Source: Clostridia bacterium (GTDB taxonomy: Bacteria; Bacillota; Clostridia; Christensenellales; Aristaeellaceae). From it: a stretch of 41,162 nucleotides of DNA. The stretch spans positions 1-41,162 of the forward strand of contig JAEDKS010000001.1 in NCBI GenBank assembly GCA_016295665.1, given 5' to 3'. The translations under genes and the position numbers were made by a program. Positions 24,560 to 31,989 of this stretch are shown here, piece after piece (the stretch's first letter is position 1; every line of letters starts with the position of its first letter). The notes under the pieces were generated by a model. It saw nothing but the letters and a program-made list of their open reading frames with translations, was not told the DNA's origin and did no database searches.

Positions 24560-25708
24560 ATGGCATACTACAAGGATGCGCCCAATCAGCGCAATCACAA
24601 GCGTAACTATGGCAACGAGGGCAGCTGGGACGACGAGGGTGCCCACTATCGCCCGGCAAACCGCCGCTTTGGGCCGGATTCCGTGGGCGCGGACGAGCGT
24701 CCCCGCCGGGAGCAGCCCTATCGCGCCGGACACGGCAGCCGCAGCCGCGACGACCGTCCCGGTGACCGCCGCGAGGGCCGTCGGGAGGACTTTGGCCCCC
24801 GGGGTGAGCGTCATGACCGTCGCCCCCACAGCGATGAGCATCGCCCGGAGCGCCGCCGCCCGGTGGAGAACGGTTTCGAGCGCCGTCCGGAGGGCAAGCC
24901 GCCCCGCCCCGCCCAGGACTACCGCGATTTCGAGCATCGCCCCGCGCCGGTGGCTGCGGCGGCGGAGGAGCGCATCGACCCGCAGGAGAATCTGCTGGCG
25001 GGCCGCAATCCCATCCGGGAGGCGCTGAAGTCCGGGCGTGACCTGGAGAAGCTGCTGGTGCAGAAGGGCGAGCTGTCCGGCTCCGCTCGCGAGATCGTGC
25101 AGATGGCCCGCGAGCGCCGCATTCCCGTGCAGGAGGTGGACAAGAGCCGCCTGGACGAGCTGGCACCCCATCATCAGGGCATGCTGGCCTTCGCCTCTGC
25201 CTATGCCTACGCCACCGTGGAGGACATGCTGGAGGAGGCTGCTGCCCGGGAGGAGGAGCCCTTCCTGATCCTGCTGGACGGCGTTACCGATCCCCATAAC
25301 CTGGGCGCCATCATCCGCTCTGCGGAGTGCGCGGGTGCGCATGGCGTGATCGTGCCGGAGCGCCGCAGCGTGGGTCTGACCCCGGCGGCGGTCAAGGCCT
25401 CCGCCGGTGCGGTGGAGCACTGCAAGGTGGCCCGGGTGACGAACCTGAACCGCACCATCGAGGAGCTGAAGAAGCGCGGCATCTGGACCTACGCGGTCAC
25501 CATGGACGGCGAGGACTATGAGAAGGTGGACTTCAAGGGCGGCGTGGCGCTGGTCATCGGCTCCGAGGGCGAGGGCATCAGCCGCCTGACGCTGGAGGGC
25601 TGCGACCAGAAGGTCAGCCTGCCCATGAAGGGCGAGATCGACAGCCTGAATGCCTCCGTGGCGGCGGGCATCATGATGTACCGCGTGCTGTCCTCCCGCA
25701 GAGCATGA
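24560..25708 (+). CDS. rlmB: 23S rRNA 2'-O-ribose methyltransferase RlmB/YacO (SpoU/TrmH family) with ~140-aa Arg/Pro/Asp/Glu-rich N-terminal extension
   Basis: The C-terminal ~240 aa contain SpoU motifs (LLAGRNPIREAL, LDGVTDPHNLGAIIRSA, LVIGSEGEGIS, SLNASVAAGI). AGAGGAAG is upstream of the ATG at 24560. It sits between mrnC and yacP, as in B. subtilis. Confidence 0.88.
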   Translation: MAYYKDAPNQRNHKRNYGNEGSWDDEGAHYRPANRRFGPDSVGADERPRREQPYRAGHGSRSRDDRPGDRREGRREDFGPRGERHDRRPHSDEHRPERRRPVENGFERRPEGKPPRPAQDYRDFEHRPAPVAAAAEERIDPQENLLAGRNPIREALKSGRDLEKLLVQKGELSGSAREIVQMARERRIPVQEVDKSRLDELAPHHQGMLAFASAYAYATVEDMLEEAAAREEEPFLILLDGVTDPHNLGAIIRSAECAGAHGVIVPERRSVGLTPAAVKASAGAVEHCKVARVTNLNRTIEELKKRGIWTYAVTMDGEDYEKVDFKGGVALVIGSEGEGISRLTLEGCDQKVSLPMKGEIDSLNASVAAGIMMYRVLSSRRA

Positions 25709-26307
25709 AACCGCTGCTGATTGTGGACGGCTACAACGTGATCGGCTGCTGGGCCGAGGCGGAGCGCCAGATGTGGCCCCTGGATGTCTGCAGGGACAAG
25801 CTGCTCCACCTGCTGCAGGACTACAGCGGCTACTCCGGCGAGGAGATCGTGCTGGTCTTTGACGGCTACCAGTCCGACAAGCAGACGACCACCGAGGAGA
25901 ACTGGGCAGGCATCCGCTTGGTCTATACCCGCCACGGCGAGACGGCGGACAGCTACATCGAGCGCCTGGCGGCGCAGGTGCCGCGCTACCGGCAGGTGCG
26001 CGTGGCAACCTCCGATGGGCTGGAGCAGAGTCAGGTGCTGTCCACCGGCGCCGTCCGCATGACGAGCCGCGAGCTGCTGCGGGAGCTGCAGCAGATCCGC
26101 CGTCAGGGCTATGCCGGACACAACGCCACCGGCACGGTACAGAAATCGAACCTGGAATCCCGCCTGCCGGAGAACACCCGGCAGCTGCTGGAGCAGCTCC
26201 GCCGCGGCGACGCGGAGGAGCCCGCACCGCCCACCGGGTCGGCGCAGGGCACCGGACGAAAGCCGAAGCGTGCCCGAAGACCACGGGAGGGGCACCTGCA
26301 GGGATAG
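25705..26307 (+). CDS. yacP: NYN-domain ribonuclease YacP/Rae1 family
   Basis: LLIVDGYNVIG...VLVFDG...YTRHGETADSYIER...VATSD is a YacP-like NYN pattern. ATGA overlaps the rlmB stop, and the gene precedes sigH. Confidence 0.85.
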   Translation: MKPLLIVDGYNVIGCWAEAERQMWPLDVCRDKLLHLLQDYSGYSGEEIVLVFDGYQSDKQTTTEENWAGIRLVYTRHGETADSYIERLAAQVPRYRQVRVATSDGLEQSQVLSTGAVRMTSRELLRELQQIRRQGYAGHNATGTVQKSNLESRLPENTRQLLEQLRRGDAEEPAPPTGSAQGTGRKPKRARRPREGHLQG

Positions 26308-26360
26308 CCGGGACGGCTTCGGGCCGGAAGAAAATACACACACAAAGCGAGGCGAACGCC

Positions 26361-27125
26361 ATGGATGAGCAGGATATGAATTTCACAGAGGAAGAGCTGG
26401 AGACGATGGCCGCCATCCAAAAAGCCCGCGAACGACAGAAGGAGCGGGGTGCGACGCTGGAGCCTCCGGAGGGCGCCAACGAGGAGGATACCGAAACGCA
26501 CCTCACCTCCTATTACGTGGATATGCAGGACGAGGACGTGGTGGAGCTGTGTCATCAGGGCGACACCATGGCGGAGGAATATCTGCTCAACAAGTACAAG
26601 AACTTCGTGCGGAGCAAGGCGCGCAGCTACTTCCTCATCGGCGCGGATCATGAGGACATCGTGCAGGAGGGCATGATCGGCCTGTACAAGGCCATCCGTG
26701 ACTTCCGCACGGAGAAGCTGGCCTCCTTCCGGGCCTTCGCGGAGCTGTGCATCACCCGGCAGATCATCACCGCCATCAAGACGGCGACCCGTCAGAAGCA
26801 CATTCCGCTGAACAGCTATGTTTCGCTGAACAAGCCCCTCTACGACGAGGAGTCCGACCGCACCCTGCTGGATGTCATCATCGAGGGCCGGGCCGCGAAT
26901 CCGGAGGAGCTCATCATCAGCCAGGAGGATCTGAACAACATCACCGGACGCATCAACGAGGTGCTGTCCCCGTTGGAGCAGGATGTGCTGCAGGCCTATC
27001 TGGATGGCAAGAGCTATCAGGAGATCGCGGAAAAGCTGGGGCGCCACGTCAAGAGCATCGACAACGCGCTGCAGCGGGTGAAGCGCAAGCTGGAAAAGTA
27101 CCTGCAGGAAAAGCAGGAGGGATAA
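26361..27125 (+). CDS. sigH: RNA polymerase sporulation sigma factor SigH
   Basis: Near-identical blocks to B. subtilis SigH (KARSYFLIGADHEDIVQEGMIGLYKAIRDF, FAELCITRQIITAIKTATRQKHIPLNSY, HVKSIDNALQRVKRKLEKYL). The N-terminus is about 30-40 aa longer, and an alternative ATG lies at 26523. Confidence 0.93.
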   Translation: MDEQDMNFTEEELETMAAIQKARERQKERGATLEPPEGANEEDTETHLTSYYVDMQDEDVVELCHQGDTMAEEYLLNKYKNFVRSKARSYFLIGADHEDIVQEGMIGLYKAIRDFRTEKLASFRAFAELCITRQIITAIKTATRQKHIPLNSYVSLNKPLYDEESDRTLLDVIIEGRAANPEELIISQEDLNNITGRINEVLSPLEQDVLQAYLDGKSYQEIAEKLGRHVKSIDNALQRVKRKLEKYLQEKQEG

Positions 27126-27130
27126 AGGAC

Positions 27131-27161
27131 GAGCGGCACGGATTCGTTTTCCGTGCCGCTC
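27131..27161. terminator. Hairpin between convergent sigH and the ABC permease gene
   Basis: An 11-bp perfect stem pairs GAGCGGCACGG with CCGTGCCGCTC around a T-rich loop. The flanking U-tracts are weak. Confidence 0.5.
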
Positions 27162-27192
27162 GATGCGTCCCCGGGCCTTTGCGGGCGCGCTG

Positions 27193-28017
27193 TCAGCCCT
27201 TGACCGCGCCGGCGGTCAGCCCCTGAATGAGGGTGCGCTGTCCGAGGATGAACACGATGATGGAGGGAATCAGCACCATGACCACGCCAGCCATGATGGG
27301 GCCGTAGGCGTTGGCGTCCGCATCCTGAAGCATGCCGATGCCAATCTGCACGGTGCGGGTGGCGGGCTTGTTGGTGACGAGCAGGGGCCACAGATACTGA
27401 TTCCAGACGCTCAGGAAGGTGTAGATGCCCAGGGAGCCCAGGCTCGGCAGCACCAGCGGCAGACCGATGCGCACCAGAAACACCGGCGAGGAGCAGCCAT
27501 CCAGCTCGGCGGATTCCTTCAGCTCGGTGGGGATGCTGAGGAAGGCCTGACGCATGTTGAACACGCAGAAGGCGCTGGTCAGGTAGGGGATGATGAGCGC
27601 CTGATAGGTGTCAATCATGCCGAGGCCCGCCACGGTCAGGTAGTTGGAGATGATGATGGCCTGTCCGGGGATCATCATGGTGGCGAGCATGAGCAGGAAC
27701 AGCACCCGCTTGCCGGGAAACTCGTGCATGGCGAAGGCATAGCCCGCCAGCGCGCCGGTGATGAGCTGTCCTGCGGTGCAGGCCACCGCCGCGATGAGCG
27801 AGTTGAGCAGAAACTGCAGGATGGGCGCCATCTGCAGCGCGGCGCGGTAGTTCTCAAAGGAGAGCGCGGAGGGCAGAAGGCGCGGCGGGAAGTTCATCAG
27901 CTCCGGCTCGGTCATGAAGCTGACGGACAGACAGTAGAGCAGCGGCGAGACCAGCAGCAGTGCCAGCACCAGATTCAGCAGTAGAAACACCCAGGCGGAG
28001 AGGCCCTTGCGCACCAT
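27193..28017 (-). CDS. Carbohydrate/glycerophosphodiester ABC transporter permease (UgpE/MalG-like)
   Basis: 274 aa, six TM segments, and a BPD_transp_1-type EAA loop (ELKESAELDGCSSPVFLVRIGLPL). ATGA overlaps the upstream permease gene. Confidence 0.88.
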   Translation of the reverse strand: MVRKGLSAWVFLLLNLVLALLLVSPLLYCLSVSFMTEPELMNFPPRLLPSALSFENYRAALQMAPILQFLLNSLIAAVACTAGQLITGALAGYAFAMHEFPGKRVLFLLMLATMMIPGQAIIISNYLTVAGLGMIDTYQALIIPYLTSAFCVFNMRQAFLSIPTELKESAELDGCSSPVFLVRIGLPLVLPSLGSLGIYTFLSVWNQYLWPLLVTNKPATRTVQIGIGMLQDADANAYGPIMAGVVMVLIPSIIVFILGQRTLIQGLTAGAVKG

Positions 28018-28904
28018 CAGTACGTCACCTTCTTTTCGAGGCGGAACTGTGCCAGCGTCAGAATCAGCAGGAGGAGGAACATGATGACCGACTGGGCGCA
28101 GGCGTTGCCGAAGCGTCCGTTGACAAAGGCTTCCAGATAGATCTGATAGATGAACACACGGGTACACTTGCCCGGGCCGCCCCGCGTCATCAGGTTGATC
28201 TGGGCGTAGGACTGGAAGGAGTTGATGACGTTGACGATGAGCAGGAAGAACAGCGTGGGCGAGATGCAGGGCAGGGTGATGTGCCAGTGTTTGCGCAGGA
28301 GCCCCGCGCCGTCGATGGCGGCGGCCTCATACAGCGACGCATCCACGTTCTGCAGCGCCGCGATGGTGAAGATGTAGTTCAGCCCCAGGTGCATCCAGAT
28401 GGTCACCACCGCCACGGAGTTCAGCGCCGTCTTGACATCCTTCAGCCAGCGGATGTCCGTGCCGAGGAGGTAGTTGAGGATGCCCATGGTGGGGTTGAGG
28501 ATGAACACGCAGATCACCGTAATGCAGGCGGAGGAGACCGCCATGGGCAGGGCATAGACCGTGCGGAACAGGCCCTTCAGGTGCGTGACCTCATGGGCCA
28601 GAATCGCCGCCAGGACGCCCAGCGCGATGGAGCCCGCCACAACCTTGATGGCGAACTCGAAGGTCACGGACATGACCTGCGCGAAGTCCTTGCTCGTGAA
28701 GGTGCCGATGTAGTTGCTCAGCCCCACAAAGTCTACCAGCCTGCCGGCGGGATCGGTGGTGTAGAGGCTGGTGATCAGGGTCTTGACGAAGGGATAGAAC
28801 ACGAACAGCGCAAAGAGAAGCAGGGAGGGCAGCAGGTAGAGGTACGGAAGCGGGGAGACGCGGCGACGCTTCTGTGCGGGCCGCGCAACGGCGACGCCGG
28901 TCAT
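28017..28904 (-). CDS. Carbohydrate/glycerophosphodiester ABC transporter permease (UgpA/MalF-like)
   Basis: 295 aa with EAA loop LYEAAAIDGAGLLRKHWHITLP. The start MTGVAVARPAQKRRR at 28904 overlaps the stop of the phosphodiesterase gene. Confidence 0.88.
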   Translation of the reverse strand: MTGVAVARPAQKRRRVSPLPYLYLLPSLLLFALFVFYPFVKTLITSLYTTDPAGRLVDFVGLSNYIGTFTSKDFAQVMSVTFEFAIKVVAGSIALGVLAAILAHEVTHLKGLFRTVYALPMAVSSACITVICVFILNPTMGILNYLLGTDIRWLKDVKTALNSVAVVTIWMHLGLNYIFTIAALQNVDASLYEAAAIDGAGLLRKHWHITLPCISPTLFFLLIVNVINSFQSYAQINLMTRGGPGKCTRVFIYQIYLEAFVNGRFGNACAQSVIMFLLLLILTLAQFRLEKKVTY

Positions 28905-29632
28905 ACGCCCTGCACCTCCCGGCGCACCGCCAGCGCCATGTCGGGATGGTTGGTGATGATGGCGTAGATGTCCCGGCGGCACAGGTCGCGCATGACGTCG
29001 GCGTCGTTCACGGTCCAGACCTGGGCGCCGATGCCCTCGGCGTTCATCTCCGCAACCGTCTCATCGCTGATGAAGGAGAAGTGGGGATTGACCCAGCGGA
29101 AGCCCCGCTCCCGGGCATAGGCGCCGGCGCGCTCCAGATGGCACATGACCAGGCAGGCGCAGTCCATGTCCGGGGCGATGGTGTGCAGGTGGGTCAGGGA
29201 GCGGTGGTTGAAGGAAGAGAACAGCACCCGATCCCGCAGGTCAAACGCATCCACCAGCGCCATGACCTTCTCCTCGATGCCGGCATAGCGGACGAAGCCG
29301 GTTTTCAGCTCGATGTTGGTGAAGATGGGCAGCGACTGTACCAGCTCAAAGTACTGCCGCAGGGTCGGGACGCCCCGGTCGGTCAGACCGGCGTCGCCGC
29401 CCCGGATGACGACCTGCTGCAGCTCCTGCACCGTCATGTCGGCGATGGCCCTGTCCACCCCGGCGACCCGGCGCAGGTTCTCGTCATGGGCGACGACCAC
29501 CTCTCCATCCAGCGAGAGATGCACGTCCAGCTCGATGCCGTCGATGGGAAGCTCCACGGCCTTGCGGAAGGCCAGCATGGTGTTTTCCGGATAGAGGCCG
29601 CTGAAGCCCCGGTGCGCGATGATGCGTGTCAT
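28901..29632 (-). CDS. Glycerophosphodiester phosphodiesterase (GDPD family)
   Basis: IIAHRGFSGLYPENTMLAFRKAVELPIDGIELDVHLSLDGEVVVAHDENL is a GDPD motif. AAGGAG is upstream of the ATG at 29632. Confidence 0.9.
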   Translation of the reverse strand: MTRIIAHRGFSGLYPENTMLAFRKAVELPIDGIELDVHLSLDGEVVVAHDENLRRVAGVDRAIADMTVQELQQVVIRGGDAGLTDRGVPTLRQYFELVQSLPIFTNIELKTGFVRYAGIEEKVMALVDAFDLRDRVLFSSFNHRSLTHLHTIAPDMDCACLVMCHLERAGAYARERGFRWVNPHFSFISDETVAEMNAEGIGAQVWTVNDADVMRDLCRRDIYAIITNHPDMALAVRREVQGV

Positions 29633-29659
29633 GTTTCTCTCTCCTTTACGCAGGAAGGC

Positions 29660-29679
29660 AGGACCCCTGTCGGGGCCCT
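29660..29679 (-). other. Intercistronic hairpin between the binding-protein and phosphodiesterase genes
   Basis: AGGACCCC-TGTC-GGGGCCCT forms 8 bp with one mismatch, inside the 86-nt gap. It may be an mRNA-stabilising or attenuating element. Confidence 0.35.
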
Positions 29680-29718
29680 GACCTCCGCAAATCCCCTGCT
29701 TCTGGGGGGCTTGTGGTT

Positions 29719-31065
29719 TCACTTCACCGTGCTGTTGTAGTTGGCGATGGCGGCGTTGGACTCATTGGCCATCTCCTCCAGCGCTTCCTCCACGCTGATG
29801 GCATCCTGCAGCACCAGCTCCATCCAGGACTGGAAGATCTGCCGCAGCTCCGCCATGACGCCCACGGAGGCACCCTGGGTGGCGTAGTTGATGGGGCAGT
29901 CATGCAGCTGATTGATGGCGGTGCGGAAGTTGGGGTTCGCGTCCAGATAGGCCTGCATGGACTCGGTTCGGTAGGCGTTGGTGTTGGCGCAGAAGTAGCC
30001 GGTGGCCTGCGAGAAGGCCGCGGATACCTCGGCGGAGGTGGCATACTTCAGGAAGTCCCAGGCATCCGCCTGCTTCCGGGCATCCTCAGTTTTGGGAATC
30101 CACAGGTTGGCGCCGCCGATGAGCACGCCGCCGGTGGGCTCGTCAGCCATGGAGGGCAGATAGGCCGTGCCCACCTCGAACTTGCCGTCCACGGCCTTCA
30201 GAATGGAGGTCAGGGAAGCGGTGGAGGCCAGGGTCATGCAGGTCTGACCGGCGCAGAAGGCAGTCTGGGAATCAGTGCCGTTGGTGCCGTAGTCGTAGAT
30301 CACGCCGTCATCCACCAGCTGCTTCCACTTGGTGATGATCTGCGCACCTGCACCGCTCTGGTCATACTCGATGGCGGTGGCAACGCCGGTGCGTCCGTTG
30401 TCGTTGTTCACATAGTTGGCGTTCAGACCCGCCAGGAAGCTCTCGAAGAACCAGCCGTAGATGTACAGCCCCATGGTGTACCGGGTGGTTCTGCCGTTCT
30501 CCACCACGGTCAGCTTGTCCTTCAGGGCCGCGATCTCGTCAAAGGTGCGGGGCGGGTTTTCGGGATCCAGACCCGCCTCGGCAAAGGCGGTCTTGTTGTA
30601 GTACATGATGGGCGTGGAGGGGTTGAAGGGCATGCACTGCATCTTGCCGTCGTAGGTGTAGTAGTTGCGCAGCGCGGGCTCGATGTCATCCAGATCCACG
30701 TAGGGATCAGCGTCCAGCAGCTCCTGGAAGGGCGTGCACAGACCGGAGCCGACCAGCCAGGTGGTGCCCAGCTCGAACATCTGGAAGATGTCGGGCCCGG
30801 TGCCGGCGGGCAGAGCGGCCTTGATCTTGGTCAGGCAGTCGTCGTAGGCACCCTGGTAGATCGCGGTGACCCACACTTCGCTCTGGCTGGCGTTGTAGCC
30901 ATCGACCACGGCCTGTACGGCCTCGCCGATGGTGCCGCCGAAGCAGTGCCAGAACACCACCTCACGGCGTCCGTCGGGCACGGCAGCCTGGGTCTCCGCC
31001 AGGGCGGCGGGCAGCGCGGCGGTCAGCAGCGCCAGGGTCAGGAGCAGGGCAAGGATTCGTTTCAT
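29719..31065 (-). CDS. ABC transporter extracellular solute-binding protein (family 1, UgpB-like)
   Basis: 448 aa with signal peptide MKRILALLLTLALLTAALPAALA. It is the first gene of an operon with two permeases and a GDPD enzyme. GGAGG is upstream. Confidence 0.85.
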   Translation of the reverse strand: MKRILALLLTLALLTAALPAALAETQAAVPDGRREVVFWHCFGGTIGEAVQAVVDGYNASQSEVWVTAIYQGAYDDCLTKIKAALPAGTGPDIFQMFELGTTWLVGSGLCTPFQELLDADPYVDLDDIEPALRNYYTYDGKMQCMPFNPSTPIMYYNKTAFAEAGLDPENPPRTFDEIAALKDKLTVVENGRTTRYTMGLYIYGWFFESFLAGLNANYVNNDNGRTGVATAIEYDQSGAGAQIITKWKQLVDDGVIYDYGTNGTDSQTAFCAGQTCMTLASTASLTSILKAVDGKFEVGTAYLPSMADEPTGGVLIGGANLWIPKTEDARKQADAWDFLKYATSAEVSAAFSQATGYFCANTNAYRTESMQAYLDANPNFRTAINQLHDCPINYATQGASVGVMAELRQIFQSWMELVLQDAISVEEALEEMANESNAAIANYNSTVK

Positions 31066-31125
31066 GGATGGGTTACCTCCTTCATTTCATTCCCTTGGTT
31101 CGTCAGCATGATGCCATGGGCGTGT

Positions 31126-31180
31126 AAAAAGCGCCGGCATTCTTTGGCAAAAAGCGCGTAAAAACAAAAAGCGCCGGCGC
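31126..31180. repeat. Three copies of AAAAAGCGC (two extended to AAAAAGCGCCGGC) in the divergent intergenic region
   Basis: Copies start at 31126, 31150 and 31166. The third runs into the perfect palindrome GCGCCGGCGC at 31171..31180. Confidence 0.6.
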
Positions 31181-31292
31181 AGGCTGCCGTGCGATGGGAA
31201 TTGATACACTTTTTACGTAAAATCCCATGGTATTTTTGGAAAGGATGGTAGCATGGAGGGGTAAGCATCGGATGAAGGAAGGAAGAACGCTT

Positions 31293-31922
31293 ATGACGAA
31301 GCCGGTCATCTTCTTTGACTGGGACGGCACCCTTGCCGACAGCATGGATCACATGCGCGGAGAAATCCGTGCCACTCTGACCCGGATGGGGCTGCCGATG
31401 GTATCGGACGCGACCATGCTCCGCTGCAACGGTCCCACCTTTCTGGAGTGCGTGCCCGTGCTGGGCATTCCTCCGGAGCGGGTGGAGGAGTACCTGCGCA
31501 TCCGCACGGAGGCGGGACTGGCGCTGGTTCCCCAGCTGCAGCGGCTTTTTCCGTGCGTCCGGGAGCTGCTGGAGGAGCTGCCCGGGCGGTACCGCTTGGT
31601 CATCGCCAGCAATGGGCCCCGGGGCTACCTGGAGCGGAGCATCGCCCAGTTTCAGCTGACGCCGCTGTTCACCCGGGTGGAGGCTGCCAGGCCGGGACGC
31701 ACCAAGGCCCAGGCCCTGTCGGAGCTGCTTCGGGAGCTGGCGCCGGAGCGTGCCGTGATGGTCGGAGACCGCCTGACCGACACCCTGGCGGCCCGTGCGA
31801 ACCGGCTGCCGTCGATTGCCGTGCAATACGGCTACGGAAGCCCGGAGGAATGGCGTCAGGCGGACTATGCCGTGGCGGACACAGAGGCGCTGCGGGAGAC
31901 GCTGCTGATGCTGCTGGGCTGA
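31293..31922 (+). CDS. HAD-superfamily hydrolase (phosphoglycolate phosphatase-like)
   Basis: DxDGT motif FFDWDGTLADS, plus a later VGDRLTD motif. The alternative start is 31272. Confidence 0.8.
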   Translation: MTKPVIFFDWDGTLADSMDHMRGEIRATLTRMGLPMVSDATMLRCNGPTFLECVPVLGIPPERVEEYLRIRTEAGLALVPQLQRLFPCVRELLEELPGRYRLVIASNGPRGYLERSIAQFQLTPLFTRVEAARPGRTKAQALSELLRELAPERAVMVGDRLTDTLAARANRLPSIAVQYGYGSPEEWRQADYAVADTEALRETLLMLLG

Positions 31923-31941
31923 TACAGATGCGGACAGCAAG

Positions 31942-31972
31942 GGGCGGCACAGGACAGAAGCCCGTGCCGCCC
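31942..31972. terminator. Hairpin between the convergent HAD and pepC genes
   Basis: GGGCGGCAC pairs with GTGCCGCCC (9 bp, 13-nt loop). There is no clear U-tract. Confidence 0.35.
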
Positions 31973-31989
31973 ACCTTGCGATGATGCTG

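Noticed and set aside
22257-27047. Minus-strand ORFs 22257..23168, 23679..25166, 24140..26506 (788 aa) and 26109..27047, opposite era through sigH
   Set aside because: These are shadow ORFs with Arg/Pro/Gly/Ala-rich nonsense composition. The sense-strand genes are all strongly supported.
27163-31161. Plus-strand ORFs 27163..27984, 27960..28967, 28874..29740 and 29626..31161, opposite the ugp-like operon
   Set aside because: These are shadow ORFs (G/H/D/Q/A-rich). The minus-strand frames encode textbook ABC permeases, GDPD and a solute-binding protein.
31171-31180. Palindrome GCGCCGGCGC next to an A-run, considered as a terminator
   Set aside because: A 10-nt perfect palindrome leaves no loop, so it cannot form a stable RNA hairpin. 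It is more likely part of the repeated DNA motif reported as a finding.
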